Position numbers and translations under genes: made by a program
Source of the DNA: Hyphochytrium catenoides
Taxonomy: Eukaryota; Protista; Hyphochytriomycota
NCBI GenBank assembly: GCA_900088475.1
Contig: FLMG01003623.1
Location: 1-39,834, forward strand
Direction: 5' to 3'
Length of the DNA: 39,834 nucleotides
The notes under the pieces: generated by a model
Databases searched by the model: none
Told to the model about the DNA's origin: nothing
Seen by the model: the letters and a program-made list of their open reading frames with translations, nothing else
Shown: piece after piece, positions 1 to 10,797 of the stretch
Layout: each line of letters starts with the position of its first letter
Numbering within the stretch: position 1 is the stretch's first letter

Positions 1-2332
1 AAGGATCCAAGGATGGATCTTATGCAGGTGAAGTCTCTATTCCCCTTACCATTCGTTCCTTGAACAATTAGCTTCAGCCATTTCTTCATACTGTCTTGCA
101 AACTTTGATCTCGAGTCCAGCTCTGTAATAAATAGTGCACAAGGGGGGAATCGATGTCGTCTACGGCAAGCAGCGAAGTTAGAGTCATATCCTACGACCA
201 AACATGATGAGATGGTCCGACATCCAACCTGGAGGCGCTGGGAAGAAAGACTCGTCAAGAACCCATTCGCCATACTTCCGCCGCTGAGCCAAGCTGTCAG
301 CGCCATCTGGGAGTTGGCTGCTGAAAAAATCTAACTGCTCCGTCAGCCGTCGAATCTCTTCTTGTGCGTCCCGAAGACACTCCTGAAGCTCCCCGATCCC
401 GGGCTCAGAAGCATCTTCACTTTTCTGAGAAAGGTCGCTGGAAGTACCAACGGCCAGGCTGACTTGAACTCAGCATCTGAAAGAACTGAGACGCAAGAAG
501 AGGCTAACCACCTACCGTTCTGTCTTGACTCTTGCTAGTTCATCTCTGAGCTGTGAGTTTTCCTCCCGAAGTGTCTGTACCTCACCCTCTAGAAGTTCAT
601 GCTGAAGGGAAGGGGCTTTGGCAGCCTGTTCACCACGCTCTGAAGGCGCAACGACAGACGTCGGCCACCGCCGTGCGGGTCCTGGATTTAAGGACGTGAG
701 TTTGCAGCTGTAAAGAGGGTCCACAGACCCCTAGAATAGGGTAGCTGCATGGTATAGTATTTTCTTTACACCTTGGCCTCTATAGATACTGCCTCGATCC
801 AAACTAGAGAGCACGGGCACACTCCCTCCGACTTCAGCCTTTTCGCTATCCACCTGTGATAACAAGTGCTTAAGCGACTGAGTCCATCGCGCAATGAAAC
901 TTTTCGCCTTACATTACCTCGAAAACCCAGTTCGAAGCACTGCTGAGTCTGGTCATCGAGGACATGCGCATATTTTCTTCGCCATACACATGCCTGGAAC
1001 CCGCAATTTTCTAGAAAATAGTATGGCAAATGGAAGAAACAGGCGAGACACCAAGGGTAGCGATGCCTGTGAGGTAAGTGCGATTTCCCTGCTCTTGCTG
1101 TGACACACCAACCTTGTACGTTTTGACCATTCCTCGTAAGCTCTCTATAACTGCTGCACTCTCCGCTTTTTCGGTCTGCGTGAAACGAAGCTGCCCTTTC
1201 AGAGCTTCGACTTCTTTTTTCAGCATTGTGGTCTCCTCCTGCAGCTCCTGCGCCTTTTGAGTGGTACTCTTGAGCTGGTCTTTCAGGCTTGTTAGGGATG
1301 ACTCCCCTTTCGCGGTTGAGCTAAGTGATGTGCGCCGGAGAGCCTGATCAGGAGTAAGGCTTGTCAGTCCTGATGCTGGTCTAGATATATCTCAGGACCT
1401 ATGAGGATGCTCATACCTGTTCTGGTGAGCGAATGGCTCCATTCTGACTCTCTAAGGCAATTGCTCTCTTGTTTGCCTGGAGGTTCTAAGAGCTCAGCTC
1501 AGCTCATCAAGGGTCCTCGAAGACCGAAATCGTACCTCTTCGAGCATAGCGGCTTTATTCTCTAGGTATATCAGCCTCCGCTCCCGCTCTTTCAATAACT
1601 CCTGCAGTTTGGTGACATCACCTTTCGCCCCCTGCATGTCCGCCCGCAGCCGGTCCAACTCAAGAGCTTTTATCTGGGTGTCTTGCTGCAGGCTAATCAG
1701 CTCTTCGTTCTGTGTCCAGTCAAAGGAGAAAAATGGCCCTTAGAGGCATGGTCCTGTCAACAATTCTGGCAAGAGGACAGATACCTTTATCTGCAGGTCA
1801 TGCTGAAGACGGTCAAGTTCCAGGGCATCCTGGCGCCGGAACTTGTCCGCTTGATCCTTCTCTTTGCGGAGTATGCTGCATTGAGCTTTGAGGTCTTCGA
1901 CGGACTTCAACAGGGTCGCGTGCTGAGCAGCCATTGAGCTTGCATCTTCTTGCTGCTGTGACAGCTCTAAGGCTAAGGCTTCTTGATGACTCCTTTCCTT
2001 GAGTCCTTCCGGAGTTATAGCGATTGCTGCTAGCTGATCCTTTAGTTTCCTGTTCTCCTCCAGTAGGGCCATTCCCGCTCTAGCCGCCGTCTCAAGCTCT
2101 GGAGCAAAAAATGTTAGAGTAGTAAAGCTACGCGCCGGAGCTACTTACGTTCTCGTAAAGAAGCATTCTCAGCGTAGATGTCTACATCTTCCATGGAGTC
2201 TCGGATACTCTCCTGAAGGCAATCGATGTTAGCGCTTCTACTTTACGGAAGCGTAAATTACACACGATTCACCTGTCCCCTCGAGAAGGAACTTCCGACC
2301 CTCCTTAACGGGATCGGACCATCGTCAGCCAT
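1..2332 (-). CDS. Long coiled-coil protein with CC1-box (AAxxG) motif, candidate BICD/TRAK/HAP1/Spindly-like dynein adaptor; multi-exon, 3' end outside the window
   Basis: Spliced reading across GT-AG introns: MADDGPIPLRRVGSSFSRGQ|ESIRDSMEDVDIYAENASLRE-Q-LETAARAGMALLEENRKLKDQL...LQIK|NEELISLQQDTQIKALELDRL...|...LKKEVEALKGQLRF...|...APSLQHELLEGEVQTLREENSQLRDEL...|...GELQECLRDAQEEIRRLTEQL. Heptad-rich E/Q/K/L/R composition. Start at 2332 is the first in-frame ATG after an upstream stop; 2194 is an alternative. Confidence 0.7.
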
Positions 2333-3310
2333 CTCCCTTTTGACTATGACTGGTTCTCTTTCGTCAGCCTTCTCGTTGATCTTGTTCGTTGATTCATCAT
2401 CACTTCAGCCATGCTAGAATGCATTCGGTTGTACTAATGCTTCCGATCGCTGTTTCGTTCGCTGCACTGCTAAGGAGGAGCCGGACTCAGCTCTCATCCG
2501 TCAGCCCCTTCGATGCAACGAAGTCTTCTCTTGATCTCATGTTGTCAGTCTTCGGCCAAGGGCATGTCTACACCGGTCCCTTTATGCTACGGCAAAAATG
2601 TCTGAACCTCAAGGAGGACCGTCTATTCCAGCTAAACCGTGAAGGAGAATTTCTCTATAATCGAGCTTGCTGATGACGATGGTCGTGGGTCCTGAGATCT
2701 GCCAGAGGTGCAGGACCGTTCTGCAGTGCAGCAGGAGCACAAGCAGCAAGCAGCAAGCAGGCGAGCAGCAAAAGGATGAGAACGCGATGACTAGATGACA
2801 TGATGATGATCCGTCCCTCCTTCCTTCCTGCCTCACTGATGGCGTCTCTTTCGCACAACAAGAGACATTTTGACATTCTGAAGTATTCCAATACTTCATT
2901 CGGATTGTTTCTTCAACAATGGTAAATACAGCAAGTAATACCAGTATAAGGTAGGACAAACAGTGGGAAAGGGAAGCAAGATAGGTTTCAATCTTCATTT
3001 GTTTCATGGTACAATTGTGGAAAGTCTTCACGAGGGATTGATAATCACTTCCTCTGATCTTTCCTTCTGAAGTGAAAGCCAGCTTCAAACTTCAGAGGTT
3101 TGAAATCAAATAACCAATAGAATCTAAAGGCCTTTATCCTCCATAGAACTAGATCTTCATCAGCATTGGTGCGTGCACTGAAGATGTTGATGGACTGTTA
3201 TTCCTGCAGCGCCGGGCTCTTTAGAAGGGCTTTTGGAGTTGAAGCGGGAGCTTGAGCCGCTGAAAGTTGCTAATCCTTCTCGTAGCCACGGTCTTCGTAT
3301 CTTCGCAAAG

Positions 3311-4421
3311 ATGGGTGCGAACGACCTCGACCTCTTAAGCAGCTTCGACTGGCGAAGGCCCGATACTCCCTTGTCTTCGATCTATGCCCCTATTGGAGGA
3401 GCTATTGTCTACTTGGTCCTTATCTTTGCTATTCGCTCTGTAGCTCATGACAAACCAGCTTGGACGGTAAGCGTTCACTCTGCTGTGTCCTTTGCGCTCA
3501 TGTGACTCCAACCTGATGGGGGGTTTCTGCAGAACTTGGAATGGAATGGGAAGATGCAGTTGATTCAGTCATATCACAACGTCTTCCTGGCATTGCTCTC
3601 TCTGATGATGCTCCTGGGAACAGCTATGGCTATGAAGGACCGCATAGTAACCGAGGGCTATGACTGGATCTTCTGCGAGAAACTTGCTACAAAGCCCATT
3701 GGGAAACTATTTGGCTGGTAGGATGACTTTGGATGGACTCTTCAAGCAAGATGGTCGGTTGACTTTTATCATCATCACCTGACCGCACAGGTCTTACATT
3801 TACTACCTAAGCAAGTACTATGAGCTTCTGGACACCATCCTCCAACTGTTGAAGGGCAAGGATCCTCCACATTTTTTCCTCCATTCCTTCCACCATGTGG
3901 TTGTCCTCTTCATGTCTTACTTCTGGGTGGACCAAGTCCAGTCTTTACAGTTTCCCGGACTACTCTTCAATACCTTTGTTCACGTTATGATGTACTCGTA
4001 CTACTTCCTACGAGCGAACGGCTATAACCCCTGGTGGAAGAGGTAAGAAGACAAGACATCGACTATCGGCATCACCTCTCGCCACTCGTCTGACCTCTTC
4101 GTTCTACTGACCACGTGCTTGTCACGCAGCTGGGTAACACGCATCCAGATTATCCAATTCGCTACCTCTTTTGTCCTTCTGATGGTGACACTCTTCAAGT
4201 TCGTGGTGCCTGGTCGAGCCTGTGCAGGCCTTGAAGCACTAGGCTTCAACGCAGCGTTCAACGCCATCCTCCTGTTCCTTTTCTTTGGAGTCTTGCGGAG
4301 CAGTCGCCGCACGTCTTTGAAAAAGACTCTGGAAGGTAATAGCGAAAGACATGCTGAGGCCAAGGTGCCATCGCCCTCGAAGTCAAGGGGACGCCGGGTC
4401 ACAAGGAAATCCTCTGACTGA
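3311..4421 (+). CDS. ELO: Fatty acid elongase, ELO/GNS1/SUR4 (ELOVL) family; 4 exons
   Basis: Family motifs across exons: HNVFLALLS, YYLSKYYELLDT, His box LHSFHH, NTFVHVMMYSYY, WVTRIQIIQF. Three GT-AG introns restore the frame. ATG at 3311, TGA at 4419-4421. Confidence 0.95.
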
Positions 4422-4995
4422 GGACCGCCCTGATGGTGGAGATGGAGATGTCGGGTTCAGGAGTCCTGATAGAAGAGCAAACCTCAACTGCGCGTTCGAT
4501 CCCGTATCAAGCTCTACCTTGTTTTAACATAAAGTCATCATGAAAGAGCCATCATACAATCACCTTCACGAGACCTCATCTTCTTTGATGCCCTCATCCA
4601 GGTTGGAGAAATGATCTTTGCTCCAATAATAATAGTAAGGGAAAACACATGACAGAGTGCATGATAAAGAGGACGTTGATGAACAGAGATAAATATGACC
4701 GCTAACGCTCATCTATGGATCTGATCATACAGATTCCCCCAAAAGAGAGATCTGAGATGAGACGTGCACTTCCGGTCATAGAGTAAGTTCTCTGACAAAT
4801 GGTCTTATGGAGATCAGCCCAATAAAGTTGCCATGCAGACATAGGGAGCAACACGAGCAGCGTGGATTATTGAAAGGCCTGCCAGCAGAAGTTAGCCTAT
4901 GAAGTGACGTAGGACGTAGGGCTATTTTTTACCAACGCGAACGTAGTAGGGGCTAAGGAACGCTTCGTTGGGCTCTTCAAGTACTCGCACATACT

Positions 4996-5886
4996 ATGAC
5001 AGCCCCAGATATGAGCTTGGAAGAACTTGCCAACGAGAATGCCGCCCTGCGAGCTCAGCTAGAGGAGGTGCTCGATGCTAAGAAAGCTCTTCAGTTTGAG
5101 CTAGATCAGCTGCGGAGTTATGTCCATCAGTGGTTTTACAGGCCCGGACCTCACTATGGACCGCCACCTCATCATATGCATCACGGACCTCCTCCGTTCT
5201 CACCAGGGTCGCACCCGATGATGCCCCATCAGGTCCCTGGTGGTCCTCCTCCTCACTTACTTCCTACACCACCTCCTCCCCCTATGTATCAGCAAGAGCA
5301 ACGGCCGCATTATAAAGATCAATCCAACCAGGCAACTTCGCCGTCCAGAGAGCAAACCGATGCCGAAGAACAAAGTCAAGACGATGGAGACATAAAGTTT
5401 GGGTTCTCACCAAGGATGTTAGGGCTAGGTCCACGCTCCCCACGATCGCCCGGCAGGGGGTCTCATACCACGGAAATTTCAGCGACAGATGCGACAATAG
5501 GAACCATCGAAAGCTTACTTTCTTCTCCCCCGCGTGACAGGGGGGAGGATCTTGAGGAAGACTTCTCTAGCTTGGGTTTGGGATCGCCAAGGCGGTCATC
5601 ACCTCCAGCGTACCTTGAGCCAACCATACCCTCCAGCCCTGATGTTGCAAAGGATGGGGTGTCAATAGGAGAGTCCCATAGCCCTCGACAGGAGCCTTTA
5701 CTAGACTTCGATAGTGTTACAACTGCCCTGCCAACGGTTACTCGAGAAGAGGTGACTGCGATGATGCGTGAGGGCTTTTTAAGTCGGGATGCTGCCAAGC
5801 TTCGGCATGCCATCGAGCTTGCCGAGCATAATAACCTCATTTTTGAAGCCAAGCAAGGCAAAAGACAGCTTGCCAAGATAGAATGA
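4996..5886 (+). CDS. Uncharacterised intronless 296-aa protein: N-terminal coiled coil, Pro/His-rich and SP-rich disordered middle, short helical C-terminus
   Basis: Single uninterrupted ORF with protein-like organisation (LEELANENAALRAQLEEVLDAKKALQFELDQLR; GPPPHHMHHGPPP; several SPR motifs). No family recognised. Confidence 0.75.
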   Translation: MTAPDMSLEELANENAALRAQLEEVLDAKKALQFELDQLRSYVHQWFYRPGPHYGPPPHHMHHGPPPFSPGSHPMMPHQVPGGPPPHLLPTPPPPPMYQQEQRPHYKDQSNQATSPSREQTDAEEQSQDDGDIKFGFSPRMLGLGPRSPRSPGRGSHTTEISATDATIGTIESLLSSPPRDRGEDLEEDFSSLGLGSPRRSSPPAYLEPTIPSSPDVAKDGVSIGESHSPRQEPLLDFDSVTTALPTVTREEVTAMMREGFLSRDAAKLRHAIELAEHNNLIFEAKQGKRQLAKIE

Positions 5887-6012
5887 GCATTGCGGTAAGG
5901 TGCTTCCCTCCTAGCCTGCATACTACCCGTCTGTAACTTCGTTAAGGCTGAGCGAGACTTCTGGATTGACAGTGACTATCTCTTTTTCTAGTGTTATTCC
6001 CAGTAACATAAG

Positions 6013-7389
6013 CTAACGAAGGCCAATAGCGTTGAGTGCTTTCCGAGATGTTTCGACGCCTAAGAAGCAGGCTGCATTGGCCGGGAAGGCACGCGCCATA
6101 GCAGGCCCTAAGCCCTTGAAAAGACCCCCGACACCCTCTTCTGCGATAAGTTTTCTATCGTATGGCAAAACTTAGCACGGGTTTTGAACATGAAACCAAA
6201 GAGAACGAGTGTCTTACTTGAAGACATCCCCTAGGCCCTTGTAAGTCCCCTCTGGGGCTGTCTGGAGTCTTGACTTAAGAGTATCAGGAGGGATGGCGAC
6301 GGTCCAGTTAGCAATTCCTGAACAGTTTAGCGGCGCAAATTTCCGTCAGGCACTCTGAGACGCTGTACATATGACACGCAGGGAGCCTAACCTGCACAGC
6401 CTCCGGCTACCAGGACCGCCCCTGGGTTAAGCTGGCTTGGATCTCCACCCTTCGGTGTCAGCATCATTTTCACCGCCTCATAAGCTCCAAAGTACGCCAC
6501 AGATCTATGAAGTCGGTTATGACCTTGAGGATTATACGTAGGATTTATTCCATGACGCGTCTTACCCTGGAATATCACGGAGCAATGTTGCGCCAGTACC
6601 CCTGTAAAGACTTGCGATACCGCCTTCTTTGAAGAGCTGCTTGCCACAATCCAGCATACCGCTATATCTAGGTTTGGCACCTCGCTCCACCTCCTGGGCT
6701 TGGACCTGTAACAGGCACTTGATCCTCTCCCCTGGAGCCATAACAGCCTAAATCACAAGTTAGAGCAGGGCGTCATAGAGGGAGTGAACACAGGTGAGAA
6801 AAGGAGGTCGTAGAGGTGCGTAAAGCTTCCCTTACCGTGGTTGGCAACGCGGAAAAGCCACCGGCAAACATAATCTCGTTCATGGTGAGTGCGTCGCTCT
6901 CGGACTTTTTGCTCCACCACCGCTGTTACCATTCTCTGTCAGTGCTAGTCGTAGAGGATTAATGCCAGTTATTTTGCTCACCGCCAAGTTATCACCCTGC
7001 TTGTATCCCCAAAAGCAAATCATGAAGATAGGGGTGATGCCAACCATTGGGGCACTCATTCCTCGGTAAAGGCCAGTAAGCCCGTCTTTTGCAACGATCT
7101 TTCTGGCACAGTCCATCATACCAGTGTACATTGGTGCCTCACCAGGCTTGGGTCTCGGCATGGTTTGAAGGTTGACCTTGATAAGGTCCAGCGGGTGGCC
7201 TGCCGCGACAAGGCACATACCTATTGGAGTGGGGTTAAGCCCTTGTTCTGATTCTAAGTACCATTCTTATATCTACCTCCAAAACCTCCAGATAGGGTGG
7301 AGTTCAACGCTGAGCTCTGACCTACAAGGCAGGATATGTGAGGGTGGGAGACTAGAAGAGATGTGCACCGATCATCTACCTGACGACAT
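6013..7389 (-). CDS. SLC25A20: Mitochondrial carrier (SLC25), carnitine/acylcarnitine translocase-like (SLC25A20/CRC1 group); multi-exon
   Basis: Spliced: [38 protein letters not shown]...GLYRGMSAP...[11 protein letters not shown]...YFGAYE...[12 protein letters not shown]...[12 protein letters not shown]. Three Px[D/E]xxK carrier signatures plus the RAFPANAA motif typical of the carnitine carrier. TAG at 6013-6015. Confidence 0.9.
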
Positions 7390-8758
7390 GGTTCTCAAAG
7401 GGGGTAAGGGTGGCTCCAAAGCGGCGGACTCTCCAGAATCTTAATTGATGTCGGTTAGTTCGAAGGGGAACCTGAAAAAGCTGAAGCAATGACTCAACTA
7501 TGGATTTCAGAGATTGTTGATCTGCCGTCGTCAGTTGAGGGCATTAGAGCTCAAAGACTCTTGGGCACACTTGGCTAGCCTTGTTCAAGGAGCACTTCCG
7601 CTAATGTTATTATCCAGTTGAGCTTAATGCCTTCCCGCCATCTATCTCTATTACCCTCTGTCTCGCTACGATGAGTGGTCTACCGTGTGTTTGAGTATAT
7701 CTCCCCTCCTCTCTCGCTCGCTTATATTGGGAAAAACCTTCCCCTAACCCCCTACATGTCCCAGATACGCGCGTTGGACGTGTCAATTTGTTGACGTGAA
7801 GAGCCGCTGCAGGATATGAGATAAAGATCTGGAACCAGGAGAACATTTATTCTAGTATATCCTCAGACCTTTCCTCTGGATTCGGAATGCCCTAATTGTT
7901 GAGGACTGTCATTGATTTCGGGTGCCATTTTGCACACAAGGCCTTTGTAGAATGGGACCAAAGTCGGGAATATTCCCCAAGGTTTCAAGGAAGAGTATAT
8001 TGAAAGCTTCATCATGTCGGTTACTCCCTGATGTTGGGTCAATACAAATCTGAGCTTGATACCTTATAGCCTTTGCCTTTGGAAGTGGTGCACTAGGAAC
8101 AATCCTCCGCATTAGGTGATAGTCAAGAGCCCATCATGCTGAACACTTTTGTCCATCTACACCTCGAGCCCCATGCTTTGTTTGTCCTTGCAAGCTCGTC
8201 AGTCGTCAGCCCATCTTCCTTACATTATCAGCCGCCCCAGCAACCAAAGGGTGCAATCAGTGCGTTGCGTGTCGTAGAACTACCACTTATCGAGCGGGGA
8301 GTATTCTCACAAACCTCCAACTTTTGTCGACTTCTCCTTTGCCTGTCTCGCTGTCTCCTCACATAACAGCTCTTAGACTGAACGCGTTAACTGAGTGTGT
8401 TGCATGCAAACGGGATAGATATACTCAAAAAGAGAGGAGATTGCACTGTATGAGAGGTATAGGAAGTGCTTTGTAATGATAGCAGTCTCAAGACCGTGGT
8501 CTCTACTATCGATATCTCAATGGGAAGACGTGACGTCTAAAAGCAGATTCAATATGAAGAGGGTGGTTTCTTCTTTCAACCTACTCGTTTCCCTTAGGAC
8601 TTCACATCTCGGTGCGTGTTGAGAGCCTCATCAGGACTTTGTCAATCACATAGATGGTGGACGGAATGCTGAGGACTGCTCATGATTGAGGCTTAAGGTT
8701 GCTATAGCTCGTGGTCATCCACCAAGCTGCCGGCTATGCGATAGGATCAGTCTGAGTT

Positions 8759-10462
8759 ATGTCTCACGATACCGGCAGCCTCTTGTTAAGGCTTGGTCCT
8801 TGTCACGATAGGGAAGACCAGACGGCATTGTTTGACCCATGGGAAACACTAATAGCGGTGGTAGGAGGAAGAAGCACTCATCTCGCATACCTGAACCTGA
8901 TAAGCTTGCGCTCTTCACGAATCGTTCTCCAACTGTTTCCCGTGCTTGGCTATGTCTTTTCCACGATCAACATCATCATGAATGGCGACATGTGGGTGGC
9001 CGTGATAGGGTTGGTCCTTTCCCTTCCATCTATCGTGCACATTATCGTCACTCTAAACCCCTTTCTGCTAAGAGAGGTGATAAAGAGCTTCGAGTTCTGG
9101 TTTTTGACCGTGTCCAACGGCCTTATGATAGTGACGACTAGCGTGTACATGGCGCCGTCGACGGCGACGGTGCTGAGTATTCTAGTTGGTGGTATAGGTA
9201 TACAAACGGCCCTGGTCATTGATAGTTATCACTTTCAAGTCCGCAGGAGTTCACCCCTCCATCTTCTAGTTACGGTTATTGCCTTAGGTACCTACTGCCT
9301 ATGTCTCACGCTTGGATACATGCAAGACTCTCGAAGCGTTGTCTTCTCGGCTTTCGGAAGGGATTACCAAGCCGCCGATCTTGCAGTTAATGCTGCCGGG
9401 ACCACCACCATATTCTACTTGAAGAACTACTGGCGAATTAGACAGGACATGAGGAGCATCAGGCATTCCCTTGTAGGAACTACAAGTACGCTGACATTTA
9501 CTGTCAAGTGTCTCACCTTGCGAAGGCCCTTGAGAATGACGCTGATGGGCAAGAAGGACTTTCACCTGACACGGACCAACACCCAGGGTGATAACAGTAG
9601 CCTGTACTTCGTCAGCCATCCCTTTCTTAGACTCAGCTTTGCGCAGGACATTAGAGCTGTCACGGAGAACCATCTGGTAGCACTGTATGCGGTGATTGCT
9701 CTATTTCTGGTTTCTGGAAATGTGCTGGCCTCCCTCTCCATGAGTCCCATCCTAAGAGTCAAATGGGGTGTAGGACTGCAGACTGGGTTGGCCTGTGCAG
9801 GCCTTTTCCTCAACGCCGCCTCTCTATTTATGGTGCTGATACGGTCTGACGCTTCTATTTGGGTGAAAACTTTCCAGAGCTTTGACGGCCTCTTTGTGCT
9901 TGCTCAATGCGCCTTGTGCTGCGGACTGCTATGCGATATGCTGAACTGGGACTATAGATGTATAAGCGTGGCATCTTACATTCTCCTCCTCTTCGTTGTA
10001 TTTCCTCTTGATGCTGAGATTGCCTTCGTCTCCAACATCCGCCTGAAACGTGCCTACGCGCTAGTCGGCTGGTCCATGCTCCTACTATGGCAGCTGCGAA
10101 TTATGGATATCCTGCACAACATCACTGCCACGCAGACCCATATCAGCGATAGGAGTTTTGTACGACTAGACCACGGTTATCGGGAGGGCTCTAACTCCTC
10201 CTATGAGTCTGCTGCTCGTCCGCCAGGTCTATATGCATCTGCTATTGTCATTTATCGGACCTTTTCTATGTTGCTTCTGACGGTCAGGACTATAACCAGG
10301 ATAGCGCACGATGCCACGCAATTGCTCTTCGTACACTCAAGATTTAGTTACACGTTGTCGGTGACAAGAAGAGTTAACTTTCATACACACCTCCCACTCA
10401 AGAAAGCAGCCGGCCCTGCCAAGAGATGGAGTATCAAAACGGCTGTCAAGCCTAGCAGCTAG
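8759..10462 (+). CDS. Intronless 567-aa multi-pass membrane protein of unknown function with internal two-fold repeat
   Basis: 1.7-kb uninterrupted ORF with about 10-12 hydrophobic segments in two clusters. Repeated motifs: LLREVIKSFEFWFL...ALVIDS versus IWVKTFQSFDGLFV...VFPLDA. Confidence 0.8.
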   Translation: MSHDTGSLLLRLGPCHDREDQTALFDPWETLIAVVGGRSTHLAYLNLISLRSSRIVLQLFPVLGYVFSTINIIMNGDMWVAVIGLVLSLPSIVHIIVTLNPFLLREVIKSFEFWFLTVSNGLMIVTTSVYMAPSTATVLSILVGGIGIQTALVIDSYHFQVRRSSPLHLLVTVIALGTYCLCLTLGYMQDSRSVVFSAFGRDYQAADLAVNAAGTTTIFYLKNYWRIRQDMRSIRHSLVGTTSTLTFTVKCLTLRRPLRMTLMGKKDFHLTRTNTQGDNSSLYFVSHPFLRLSFAQDIRAVTENHLVALYAVIALFLVSGNVLASLSMSPILRVKWGVGLQTGLACAGLFLNAASLFMVLIRSDASIWVKTFQSFDGLFVLAQCALCCGLLCDMLNWDYRCISVASYILLLFVVFPLDAEIAFVSNIRLKRAYALVGWSMLLLWQLRIMDILHNITATQTHISDRSFVRLDHGYREGSNSSYESAARPPGLYASAIVIYRTFSMLLLTVRTITRIAHDATQLLFVHSRFSYTLSVTRRVNFHTHLPLKKAAGPAKRWSIKTAVKPSS

Positions 10463-10797
10463 CGTAGAACGCGGTGGCCCTTCCCGCCTTTCTGGTGGTA
10501 TGTTTACAGGTAGCAGCACCCTCCCCACCACAAGCATTGTGGACGCGGATGCTCGAAACTGCGTACTTTGTTGATTAGGAAGAAAAAAGAGTGTTCGTCG
10601 GACACTGGGTTTGCTATCCTCTATGGGCGAAGCACATTCCCTGTGGCAACCAGTCACACTTGCCTTCAATGTAGACTAAAAAGAGATGAAGAAAAGACCT
10701 AATACTGGTGTTGTCCATGACAGCAGGATAGCGTAAGCCTACAATAAATACATATATGGGCGACCTCTCCTGGAGAAGGGGCTGCGCCATCACTCCG

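Noticed and set aside
4488-4512. GTTCGATCCC, tRNA T-loop/B-box-like motif
   Set aside because: The T-stem does not pair properly, and no acceptor stem, D-arm or anticodon arm could be built.
5463-5921. Antisense ORFs overlapping real exons (also 33572-33877, 38116-38343 and many others in the track)
   Set aside because: Shadow ORFs on the opposite strand or alternative frames of well-supported genes.
7909-8366. Short ORFs between the carrier and the membrane-protein genes, including a KVGNIP HIRAN-like word on the plus strand
   Set aside because: Too short, and no further motif support or consistent exon chain.
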